Positions 38,307 to 46,678 of a stretch of DNA of 64,000 bases are shown here, piece by piece. How positions within the stretch are numbered: position 1 is the stretch's first letter; every line of letters begins with the position of its first letter. A program made the position numbers and the translations under genes. Under the pieces are notes generated by a model. That model made no database searches. It saw only the letters and a program-made list of their open reading frames with translations, and was not told the origin of the DNA. Origin of the DNA: Candidatus Aenigmatarchaeota archaeon (GTDB taxonomy: Archaea > Aenigmatarchaeota > Aenigmatarchaeia > QMZP01); the NCBI GenBank assembly GCA_016198585.1, contig JACQII010000001.1, forward strand, positions 153 through 64,152. The letters are read 5' to 3'.

Positions 38307-40235
38307 TTACACATGAGGGCCCTTGGTGGCGATCCCGGCCGGGGAGGCCTGGCGCGCCTGCAGGCTGTAGAGCCGCCGGACCCGTTCGAGGTCGTCGGCC
38401 TCCTGCGGGCCTTTGTCCGGGCGGAGCCGCACCACGCGGGGGAACCGCAGGGCGAAACCTGAGGAGTAGGTCGGCGACCGCTGGATCTCCTCATACCCGA
38501 CTTCCACCACCACGTGCGGCCGGATCGTCACCTGGTTGCCGCGCTCGGCGGTGACGAGCGGCTTGAGCAGCGCGGTCAGCTCCTCGAACGTCACACCCTT
38601 GCCCTTCTCCTTGATGCCGGTCCCGATCATGCCACACTCCCGGAACGTCTCGCCGTCGCGGCACCCCAGGACGAGGGAGCCGAACCAGCCCGTCCGCTTG
38701 CCGGTCCCCCACACGCCGCCGATGATCGCGAGGTCGAGGTTCTCCATGGTCGGCTTCACCTTGAGCCAGTAGCCGACGCGCCGGCCGGGCTGGTAGGCTG
38801 CATCCTGGTTCTTCACCATGAGCCCTTCCTGGGCGGCGGCCAGGGCCTCGCGGTAGAAGGCCGCAGCCTGCTGGGCGTCAGTGGTCTCCAGGTGCCGGGC
38901 GAACTGGAGCTTCCCCGGGATCGGCTTCACGACCCGTTGCAGGAGCGCCCACCGCTCGCGTTGCGGCATCCGGAACAGGCTCGCGCCGTCCAGGGAGACG
39001 ATGTCGAAGAGGTTCACCTGGACCGGAATCTCCTTCGCGATCTGCTCGATGTCATATTTCCTCTTGATCCGCTGGGAGAGGAACTGGAACGGCATCGGCT
39101 TGCCCTGGCGGAAGCCGAGCATCTCGCCTTCCACGATCGCCTCCTTCGCGGCGATTGCCTGCTTCGTCCAGGCCGCCACTTCGGGGAACTGGGCCGTGAC
39201 GTCCTCGAGCCGGCGCGTGAAGAGCCAGACCCGGTCGCCCTGCTTGTGGATCGAGAGCCGCGCGCCATCGTACTTCCACTCGAGAGCTGCATTCGGGTAT
39301 GCAGCCAGAGCAGCCTCCAGGCTCGGCGCCTTCTCGGAGAGCAGGACGTGATAGGGCTTGCCGGGCTCGAGGCCGATGGACTCCAGGCCGCGCAGGCCGC
39401 GCTCCTTCGCGATCCGGGCGATCTCACCATAGTCCGACCGGAGGTACCAGGCCATCTCGATCGCGTCGGTGACCGCCGCCTTCAGCCGGGCGCCCAGGGT
39501 GTCGTCCTTCACGATGACCAGGTCGGTCTTCCCCGCAGGCTTCCAGAGGTCGAGCTTCCCGATCTCTCCTGCCGGTCGAGTGACGACGCGATTGCGCTCC
39601 CGCAGCCGGCGGTCGAGCGCCATGCCGTCCTCGGCGATGATGCGCAGGCCCTCTGCCTCGACCGCGGCGGCCCGCGGCCCCCACACCACGTCGGCGAAGA
39701 ACGCCCGGGCGATCGCGTCCCGGATCACGCCTTCCGCGACGCCGACCCGCAGCGTTCCCAGCGTGGTGCGCACGATGTACTTGGCTTCCGCGGGCGTGGC
39801 GAACGACAGCAGTTCAGTGACGAGGGAAAGTTTCCGGTCGACTGCGCCCTTGCCCTCCACGGCGGCGACGGCCTGCAGGTTCTCGACCACCTTCTCGACG
39901 GTGAGCCGCCTGCTGGCGAGGGTGCGCTGCCGCTTCCGGCTGGTGAGGTCGTCGATGACCTTCCCCAGGTCGCCCGAGGCGGTGAAGCGCGCGACGACGT
40001 CCTGCTCGCTGAACCCGGTCGCGAGGGCGATGGCCTTGATCATGAGCTGGTTGGCGATGCCGATCTCGCGGTCGCTCCAGGCAGGGAAGACGGTCCCCTG
40101 CAGGAGCAGTACGACCCGTTGCAGAAGCGGCGCGGGTGTGTCTTCCAGCAGGGAGGCGATCGCCCCGACCTTCTTCAGCCTGCCCGACGTCCGTCCAAGG
40201 AGCTCGTACGTGTCCACCAGCCGGGCATACTCCAT
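38307..40235 (-). CDS. lig: ATP-dependent DNA ligase
   Basis: EWKYDG, EGLMVK, WLKVK, LRFPR motifs. Confidence 0.96.
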   Translation of the reverse strand: MEYARLVDTYELLGRTSGRLKKVGAIASLLEDTPAPLLQRVVLLLQGTVFPAWSDREIGIANQLMIKAIALATGFSEQDVVARFTASGDLGKVIDDLTSRKRQRTLASRRLTVEKVVENLQAVAAVEGKGAVDRKLSLVTELLSFATPAEAKYIVRTTLGTLRVGVAEGVIRDAIARAFFADVVWGPRAAAVEAEGLRIIAEDGMALDRRLRERNRVVTRPAGEIGKLDLWKPAGKTDLVIVKDDTLGARLKAAVTDAIEMAWYLRSDYGEIARIAKERGLRGLESIGLEPGKPYHVLLSEKAPSLEAALAAYPNAALEWKYDGARLSIHKQGDRVWLFTRRLEDVTAQFPEVAAWTKQAIAAKEAIVEGEMLGFRQGKPMPFQFLSQRIKRKYDIEQIAKEIPVQVNLFDIVSLDGASLFRMPQRERWALLQRVVKPIPGKLQFARHLETTDAQQAAAFYREALAAAQEGLMVKNQDAAYQPGRRVGYWLKVKPTMENLDLAIIGGVWGTGKRTGWFGSLVLGCRDGETFRECGMIGTGIKEKGKGVTFEELTALLKPLVTAERGNQVTIRPHVVVEVGYEEIQRSPTYSSGFALRFPRVVRLRPDKGPQEADDLERVRRLYSLQARQASPAGIATKGPHV

Positions 40236-40320
40236 GAGCTAAGTGTGGTCGGCCGTCGTTAAAAAGGGACACCGGCAGGCGGTTGCGGTGCTGCCGATGG
40301 GGCGAGGGCGGGAGTTCGCA

Positions 40321-40446
40321 CTAGATCATGTGCGAACAGGTCTTGCACACCCACGAGCCCTCGATGAGGATGAGTTCCTCCGTATACTCGCCACAGTCAT
40401 CGCATACGCCGAACTCCTCTTTGTTGGCGCTCGTCATCCGTACCAT
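40321..40446 (-). CDS. 41-aa zinc-finger miniprotein (not in ORF track)
   Basis: MVRMTSANKEEFGVCDDCGEYTEELILIEGSWVCKTCSHMI; SD GGAGGTGA 4 nt before ATG; similar to the C-terminal finger of the upstream gene. Confidence 0.75.
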   Translation of the reverse strand: MVRMTSANKEEFGVCDDCGEYTEELILIEGSWVCKTCSHMI

Positions 40447-40474
40447 CGCATCACCTCCGGAATCATCATGTCCT

Positions 40475-40897
40475 TCACTCTTCCTCGTAGACCGCGCAGT
40501 CCCTGCAGAGCCACTCGCCGTGGGTCGAGACCAGGTCTTCGGTGTACTCGCCGCACTCGTCGCAGATGCCGACGTCCTCTTCCCGCGGCAGCTCCTCCTC
40601 GACGACGTCGAGGACCCTGGTCAGCCGCTTCGCCAGCCTGCCGTCCTTATCCTCCAACCACCGGGAGGCTTCTCCGGTGTAGCACGAGGGGCAGATCGGC
40701 TCCTCTCCCGCCGAGCCGCATTTCGCGCAGTGAACCTCGCCGCTGCCGCTGAAGTGCGAGATCAGGGAGTTGTGGAACTTCCGGAATCCCTTCTCCAGGC
40801 GGGCCGGGATCATGTCCTGGATGTCCTGCGCCATGCAGTCCATGCAGACGAACGCAGCCGCAGGCTCCTTGCACATGTTGCACGCTAAGGCTTCCAT
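40475..40897 (-). CDS. Cys-rich multi-zinc-finger hypothetical protein (paralog A)
   Basis: Six CxxC pairs; CTTATATA box and GGAGGT SD upstream. Confidence 0.8.
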   Translation of the reverse strand: MEALACNMCKEPAAAFVCMDCMAQDIQDMIPARLEKGFRKFHNSLISHFSGSGEVHCAKCGSAGEEPICPSCYTGEASRWLEDKDGRLAKRLTRVLDVVEEELPREEDVGICDECGEYTEDLVSTHGEWLCRDCAVYEEE

Positions 40898-40939
40898 ACG
40901 AGACCTCCTTGCTTCCCCTTGGAGGCCGTCTATATAAGC

Positions 40940-41120
40940 TGATGGGTGAAAAAGTGGGAAAATATCCCGCTAAAAGGTAAAAAAAGAGGAAAAAGGCATA
41001 TTTAGCGGAATTTTATTCTTAAAAAGATAAAAAAGAAGGCTTTTCATTCCAAAAGGAGAGACGAATATCATGCCGAAAAAGACCTGAAAAGGACAAAAAA
41101 GTCCGAAAACTTTTAAATAC
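40940..41120. promoter_or_regulatory. AT-rich divergent promoter region with phased A-tracts
   Basis: More than 10 A4-A7 tracts, many about 10-11 bp apart, between two TATA boxes. Confidence 0.6.
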
Positions 41121-41138
41121 ATGGGATATCATTCATCC

Positions 41139-41594
41139 ATGAACGCGCTGGACGAGAAGGACCGGAAGATCCTCGAGCTGCTTCGGCAGAACGCGAAGCT
41201 GACCACGCAGCAGATCTCGAAGAAGACCCTGATCCCCATCACGACGGTCCACAACCGGATCAAGAAGATGGAGTCCACGGGCATCATCAAAGGCTACACC
41301 GTCCTGGTCGACCACAAGAAGCTCGGCAAGGACGTGCTGGCCTTCATCCTCCTGGCGGTGAGCTACGTCCTCCCCTCCGGGAAGAAGATCTCACAGGCCG
41401 ACCTGGCGAAGGCCATTGGCCGGATGCCCGAGGTTGAAGAAGTGCACATCGTGACCGGGGGGACAGACATCATCATCAAGATCCGCGTCAAGGATATGGA
41501 CGAGCTCAACACCTTCGTCATCACCCGCCTCCGCAACCTCGAGGGCGTCGAGAACACGCAGACGATCATCGCGCTTTCCACGCCGAACGTCTGA
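41139..41594 (+). CDS. Lrp/AsnC family transcriptional regulator
   Basis: LDEKDRKIL...TVHNRIKKM...GIIKGY HTH; VTGGTD effector domain. Confidence 0.95.
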   Translation: MNALDEKDRKILELLRQNAKLTTQQISKKTLIPITTVHNRIKKMESTGIIKGYTVLVDHKKLGKDVLAFILLAVSYVLPSGKKISQADLAKAIGRMPEVEEVHIVTGGTDIIIKIRVKDMDELNTFVITRLRNLEGVENTQTIIALSTPNV

Positions 41595-41649
41595 GTGCCG
41601 TTGTTGATGATAGCGAGGCCGAAGCCGTCGCTGCCTGAGACCTCGCGGG

Positions 41650-42843
41650 TCAGCTCGGCTGCGAATTCTTGATCTTCGAGAAGATATTCCCCATGACCTC
41701 CATCAGCTGGGTGTTGCTCTCGTACAGCCGTCGGGTCAGCTCATGGTAGCGCGCCATCTCGCCCATCACGTCCAGGGTCTTCGGCCCGCCGTTGGCGTGG
41801 CCGTTCGGGCCAAGCTGCCAGATCTCGCCGGCGACGTTGGTCCACATGAGCTTGCGCACGGATTCAATGTCACCCTTGTGCCCGAGCGCCCACATCATCT
41901 TGGTGTACGCCGATTCCTGGGTCATGTCCAGGGTGGGGATGACGCCCATGTCCATGAACCGCTTGCCGGTCTCGTACCTGGACAGGTCGGTCTCGTAACA
42001 GGCCTGGGACGTCACGGCGACGATCTTGCCTTCCGCCAGCCACTCCTTGACCTTGGGGACCAGGGTGTCCCTCCCGTTGATCGGCATGTCCCCGAGGCCG
42101 TAGGCCTGGATGATCACCGCACGGGTCTTCTCCTTGATGCTGTCCATGAGGTCGGTGTTGAAGCCCGGCGCCAGCATGAGCATGAAGACCCGCGTGTCGA
42201 GTTGCGTGTCGAGGATGGGCTCCTGGTCCTTGTAGCCGTTCTTGTACGAGATCTGCAGGATCGGGTTCATCAGGATGTGCTTGTCCTTGACCAGGCCGAC
42301 GAGCGGGTAGTTGATCGTGTCGAACGCGTCCAATTCCGACCGCTCGAGGAACTTGGACTTCTTGGCGCGGCAGCCCCGGATGATCTTGCCGTGGAAGACG
42401 ATGTGGACGCCGCGGATGTCGTTCTCGACCCCGAACGCGGCCACCCGCACGGCGTCGAGCAGGTTGCGCTTCGCATCCGTCTGCGCCTCGTTCCAGGGCC
42501 GCTGCGACCCGGTGACGATGATGGGCTTGCTCGCCCGCTGGATCATGAAGCTCAGCATCGAGGACGTGTAGGCCATCGTGTCGGTCCCGTGGGTGACGAC
42601 GATCCCGTCGACATACTGGAGCTCCTTGTAGACGGCGACAGCGATCCGCGTCCAGTCCTCCGGTGTCATGTCAGAAGAATCCTTGTTCATCAGTTGGACC
42701 GGCCGGATCACGGCGATCTCCTGCAGCTCCTCGAGCTCGTTGAGCATCTCGTTCAGCATGTACGATGGCTTGAGCCCTTTCTCGGAGTCGCTGCACGCGA
42801 TCGTGCCGCCGGTCGCGATGATGGCAATGGTCTTTCGGCTCAT
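41650..42843 (-). CDS. L-asparaginase type I with C-terminal extension
   Basis: ATGGTIA, HGTDTM and TGSQR motifs. Confidence 0.9.
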   Translation of the reverse strand: MSRKTIAIIATGGTIACSDSEKGLKPSYMLNEMLNELEELQEIAVIRPVQLMNKDSSDMTPEDWTRIAVAVYKELQYVDGIVVTHGTDTMAYTSSMLSFMIQRASKPIIVTGSQRPWNEAQTDAKRNLLDAVRVAAFGVENDIRGVHIVFHGKIIRGCRAKKSKFLERSELDAFDTINYPLVGLVKDKHILMNPILQISYKNGYKDQEPILDTQLDTRVFMLMLAPGFNTDLMDSIKEKTRAVIIQAYGLGDMPINGRDTLVPKVKEWLAEGKIVAVTSQACYETDLSRYETGKRFMDMGVIPTLDMTQESAYTKMMWALGHKGDIESVRKLMWTNVAGEIWQLGPNGHANGGPKTLDVMGEMARYHELTRRLYESNTQLMEVMGNIFSKIKNSQPS

Positions 42844-43253
42844 GGGAGCACCTGAACATCCTTCCCCGCGGGGTTTATATAATCACATCTCTGGTGGTGG
42901 CCGCCAGCAGTGGCGCCGCAGCGCGGGCAGGTGTCATCCTTGCCGAACGCGAACTCCCGGGAAAACCGGGCGGCGAGCGGTCGGTCGACGCTGCGCATCC
43001 ATGCGGAGACGTGTTCGAGGTAGCAGCCCGAGCAGAGCAGAGTCGTGGCCGCATCCCGGCACGACCCGCATCGGACCGGTTCCGACGTGTAGGCGTCGAA
43101 GTAGAAGAGGAGCACGTTGTGGAAGCGCGAGAACTTCGGGGCCAGCCGGGAAGGCAGCCAGTCGCGGACTCGCTCCGCTAGGCAGTCGGGACAGACGAAG
43201 TTTCCAATCGCGTCCCGACACGTCTGGCATGCGCGGCTATCAGTATCACCCAT
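42840..43253 (-). CDS. Cys-rich multi-zinc-finger hypothetical protein (paralog B)
   Basis: Five CxxC pairs; aligns with 40475..40897; ATGA overlap with the asparaginase gene. Confidence 0.75.
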   Translation of the reverse strand: MGDTDSRACQTCRDAIGNFVCPDCLAERVRDWLPSRLAPKFSRFHNVLLFYFDAYTSEPVRCGSCRDAATTLLCSGCYLEHVSAWMRSVDRPLAARFSREFAFGKDDTCPRCGATAGGHHQRCDYINPAGKDVQVLP

Positions 43254-43352
43254 ACAGCAATCCTACCCGGTAAGAGGGGACAGCGCAGGCAGGCTGACCC
43301 CGCCTGCGCCGTTAGACCTGAACAGGAATGCCGTCCAGGTCTCCCAGGGTAT
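43254..43352 (-). ncRNA. Candidate structured 5' leader RNA (two hairpins and a closing stem)
   Basis: 10-bp and 14-bp stems with G-U pairs on the minus strand; begins about 25 nt below a CTTAAAT box. Confidence 0.5.
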
Positions 43353-43554
43353 GAGGGTAGAGGCAGTTGGAAACGTGATTTAAGAACCGCTCCTAAAATC
43401 GGAGAGACAATAGTGGAGCAGGGTGTCGCGGCCGTTGAGCGTGGTCCTTGTGAGAATATGTTCAGACTATTATGAAAAGTTTAGTAAAAGCTTAAAAAGC
43501 TATCGCAAAGGCTTATAAACCATTTTTCCAATGCTTGTTTCCCTGGGGATGGGT

Positions 43555-44475
43555 ATGAAGTCGATACTGGTCGAAGAACATGAAAGCGGCAAGCGGGCCT
43601 ATGAGTCGGTCCTGGTAGACCCGAAGGGCTTGTCCATCCTCAACAATGACCTCGCCTTGAAGATCATCGGCGAGCTCGTCAAGCAGCCGGCGTGCGCCCT
43701 AGACATCGCGCGCAGTCTGGGGATCCACGAACAGAAAGTCTACTACCACATCCGCAAGCTCGATGCCGCGGGCATCATTCAGCCGGCCAGGACAGAGAAG
43801 CGGTTCGGGATGACGGCGAAGATCTATGAGGCCGTCTCGCCGGTCGTGGCGACGAAGCTCTTTGACGAAGGCTATCCGCTCAAGGACAGGACGGGGGGCG
43901 ATCTGCGGCTTATGAAATTCCTCTCGCCCTTTATCGAGAAAGGCAAGCTTAACGCGACCGTCGTGATCGGCAATCCCTATCCGCATGGTAAGTTCGATGC
44001 GGGCGGGCTGGACGGATGCTATGTCGCTGACCTCAGCATCACCTTGGGAAGCTTCCTGCATTCGGTGACATTCCCTTCTTACAAGCTTGACATTCGGGTC
44101 ACGGACGACTTCATGAAGCACAACAACCTGATCGTTATCGGTCACCCCATGGGCAACACGGTAGCCTACAAGCTCAACAAACTCCTTCCCTTGTACTTCG
44201 ATGAGCACGACGGTTGGGCCATCGTCTCCAAGAAGACCGGGAAGCGCTATGCAGACGATCAGGCAGGCGTGGTGATACGCTGCAAGAACCCTTTCAACAA
44301 GGACAAACACATCCTCTATTTCGCAGGCCGGCGGACCCGGGGAACCGAGACCGCGATCATGGCATTCACCAGATATGCATCGCAAATCATCGGCACGGGG
44401 GACGTCGCTCGTGTCGTGCATGGTATTGATGAAGATGGTGATGCCATCATCGATTCAGTAAAGGTGCTGGAGTGA
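43555..44475 (+). CDS. ArsR-like wHTH protein with extended C-terminal domain
   Basis: DIARSLGIHEQKVYYHIRKL HTH; C-terminal NLIVIGHPMGN. Confidence 0.8.
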   Translation: MKSILVEEHESGKRAYESVLVDPKGLSILNNDLALKIIGELVKQPACALDIARSLGIHEQKVYYHIRKLDAAGIIQPARTEKRFGMTAKIYEAVSPVVATKLFDEGYPLKDRTGGDLRLMKFLSPFIEKGKLNATVVIGNPYPHGKFDAGGLDGCYVADLSITLGSFLHSVTFPSYKLDIRVTDDFMKHNNLIVIGHPMGNTVAYKLNKLLPLYFDEHDGWAIVSKKTGKRYADDQAGVVIRCKNPFNKDKHILYFAGRRTRGTETAIMAFTRYASQIIGTGDVARVVHGIDEDGDAIIDSVKVLE

Positions 44476-44481
44476 TGCCAT

Positions 44482-45135
44482 ATGGCCAACAGGGAATTGG
44501 ACACCGAAGGATTTGCAGACATAGTCCGCAGCATTATCGCAAGGACTGGCCAGGGAGGCGTCCTCTATCTGCCCACCATGTCGGCAGGCGAGGACGTCGG
44601 CCGGTATCTCGAGCGCGAATTCCAGGTCCAGCGAGTTCCGTATGCTAAGCTTCCCGCGGTCGTGAAGAAGAGTCCAGGTCGCGTCCTCTATCCTTCGCTT
44701 TCCGAATTCGAGGAGCTGGACGGTCGGATGGCCGCGGAGTTTGGGCCCGGCTACACCAGGCTCATCTGGGACGAGGCCATTGCCCAAGGGACCACCGCGC
44801 TCATCCTCTACGACTTCCTGCTCGAGGCAGGAGTGTCCGATCGCTCTATTCTCATCGCGTCCTACCTGGACCGTGCCGGAATCACCGAGGGCCTGACGGT
44901 GACGAAGGGATATGAAAGGACGATCAGCCGGGGCAGAAAGCGCGCAGCCCTCAAACGTGATGGAGTCATCACGGCCTCACACGCCCCTTCCCTTTTTTCC
45001 AAAATGTTCGGAAAGGATAACGGTGAGGTTGAGCGAGCGAAGGAGCTTTATGCGCTCCACTTGCGGCCGACAGGGGAGCCTTCGCCGGCCGAGCGGGCTG
45101 GACAGGCAGTGATAGAAATGCTGGAGGAACTGTAA
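44482..45135 (+). CDS. Divergent phosphoribosyltransferase-fold protein
   Basis: RLIWDEAIAQGTT resembles the PRPP-binding loop hhhhDDhhxxGxT. Confidence 0.55.
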   Translation: MANRELDTEGFADIVRSIIARTGQGGVLYLPTMSAGEDVGRYLEREFQVQRVPYAKLPAVVKKSPGRVLYPSLSEFEELDGRMAAEFGPGYTRLIWDEAIAQGTTALILYDFLLEAGVSDRSILIASYLDRAGITEGLTVTKGYERTISRGRKRAALKRDGVITASHAPSLFSKMFGKDNGEVERAKELYALHLRPTGEPSPAERAGQAVIEMLEEL

Positions 45136-45136
45136 C

Positions 45137-45949
45137 ATGAGCGTGTTCCACGGTCCTTATGGTGAAAATAGGAAGAACCTCCTCAAACAGTTCGCACGCG
45201 ATGCGACGAAATATGCCCTCCCTATCCCTGGCGGTGATACCGATGTCTGTGTCTATGGTGACGGACGAAACCTGTATGCCACCGAGCTCACGCTTCTTTT
45301 CCAGGCCGACGGCAAGGACGCACGGTTCCGTGAACTTACCGTGGGACCCCATACCGTCAAGGGCTACAATTCCATTATCGGTGATCGGCATGTGTTTGTC
45401 GTGAGCGAGACGCATAGCGAAGCGGATCGTCCCTATCGCCTGGTGCGAGAGGCCAGGCGAGTGGAGAGGCAGACGAACAGAGTCCCACGCTCGCTCACCC
45501 ATGTCATGGCTTATCCTTTCAAGAGCGTTGAAGGGGACATGCTCTACCTGTACAAATTCTTTGATCTTCGAGAACGGGGGAACCTCAGGGACAACGACGA
45601 TCTCATGATTACCGACTTGGGGTGTGACGCACCTGAGTTCGCGGAGTTTGCCGCGGACGACCTGCGGGAGACCGTTCGCGGGGAAGATGTCATCGTCATA
45701 TCCCCAGGCAACGTGCTGGCCGGGCTCGCAGCGACCCTCTCCCTCTATGAAAGAGGCGTCGAGCCAGGGATTGCTTATGTCTCTAACAAGAGCGACGTGG
45801 GGCAGAAGCGATCCCTCCTTTCGAACCGCAGGGCACTGGTCCTGGGCTCTTCCCAGATTAGCGATGCCCTTCGGGAGCGGCAAGCCGAATGGCGAATCCC
45901 CGAGGTCCAGGATATCGACTGGCAGAGCTACCTCAAGAGGCCAGAATGA
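45137..45949 (+). CDS. Hypothetical protein, possibly tandem degenerate PRTase-like domains
   Basis: SD GGAGG; DVxVxx...helix...RxxhVV pattern occurs twice. Confidence 0.55.
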   Translation: MSVFHGPYGENRKNLLKQFARDATKYALPIPGGDTDVCVYGDGRNLYATELTLLFQADGKDARFRELTVGPHTVKGYNSIIGDRHVFVVSETHSEADRPYRLVREARRVERQTNRVPRSLTHVMAYPFKSVEGDMLYLYKFFDLRERGNLRDNDDLMITDLGCDAPEFAEFAADDLRETVRGEDVIVISPGNVLAGLAATLSLYERGVEPGIAYVSNKSDVGQKRSLLSNRRALVLGSSQISDALRERQAEWRIPEVQDIDWQSYLKRPE

Positions 45950-46602
45950 ACCAGGTCTTTCCCGGCGTCTTCCGGCACACAGGAAGTTTCTTGACCCGCA
46001 ACCTCGTCCCCGGCACCCGTTCGCATACAGAGGAGCTGGTCTCCGTGGAGGGCGTGGAATACCGGGTCTGGGACCCTTCGCACTCCAAGCCGGCTGCCGC
46101 CTTGGTGAAGGGGCTCAAACACTTCCCCATCGCCCCGGGCGCGAAGGTCCTCTACCTGGGGGCCGCGAACGGCAACACGGTCAGCTTCATCTCGGACATC
46201 GTCGGCCAGGACGGTCTGGTCTATGCGGTCGAAATCTCCCCCCGCAGCCTCCAGGACCTCCGGCCGCTTGCCGCCGCGCGCAAGAACATCGTGCCCATCC
46301 TCGCGAACGCCAAGCTCCCCCAGACCTACAGCTGGGTGGAGAAGGTCGACATCATCGTCCAGGACGTCGCCACCAGCGACCAGAGCGAAATCCTCATCAA
46401 GAACGCCGCGGCCTTCCTGAAGCCCAGCGGCTGGGCGCTGCTGGCGATTAAGTCGCGAAGCATCGACGTCACCCGGCGGCCGGCAGCGATCTACCGCGAA
46501 GAGCTCGGCAAGCTCGAGAAGCACTTCACCGTCCTGCAGACCCTCCGCCTCGACCCCTTCGAGAAAGATCATCTCTTCGTCGTGCTTCAGGCGAAGGTGT
46601 AA
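45946..46602 (+). CDS. flpA: Fibrillarin-like rRNA/tRNA 2'-O-methyltransferase
   Basis: YRVWDPSHSKPAAA, VLYLGAANGNTVS, KSRSIDVT, PFEKDH motifs. Confidence 0.95.
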   Translation: MNQVFPGVFRHTGSFLTRNLVPGTRSHTEELVSVEGVEYRVWDPSHSKPAAALVKGLKHFPIAPGAKVLYLGAANGNTVSFISDIVGQDGLVYAVEISPRSLQDLRPLAAARKNIVPILANAKLPQTYSWVEKVDIIVQDVATSDQSEILIKNAAAFLKPSGWALLAIKSRSIDVTRRPAAIYREELGKLEKHFTVLQTLRLDPFEKDHLFVVLQAKV

Positions 46603-46678
46603 TCCCGACATGCATCCATGACACTTTTGCAGCATGCCGGTTATTCAGGCTTAAGAAACTATTTGCGAGAGAGGTAGC

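Noticed and set aside
41650-42843. GatD amidotransferase subunit
   Set aside because: It lacks the GatD N-terminal domain and there is no gatE nearby, so type I asparaginase fits better.
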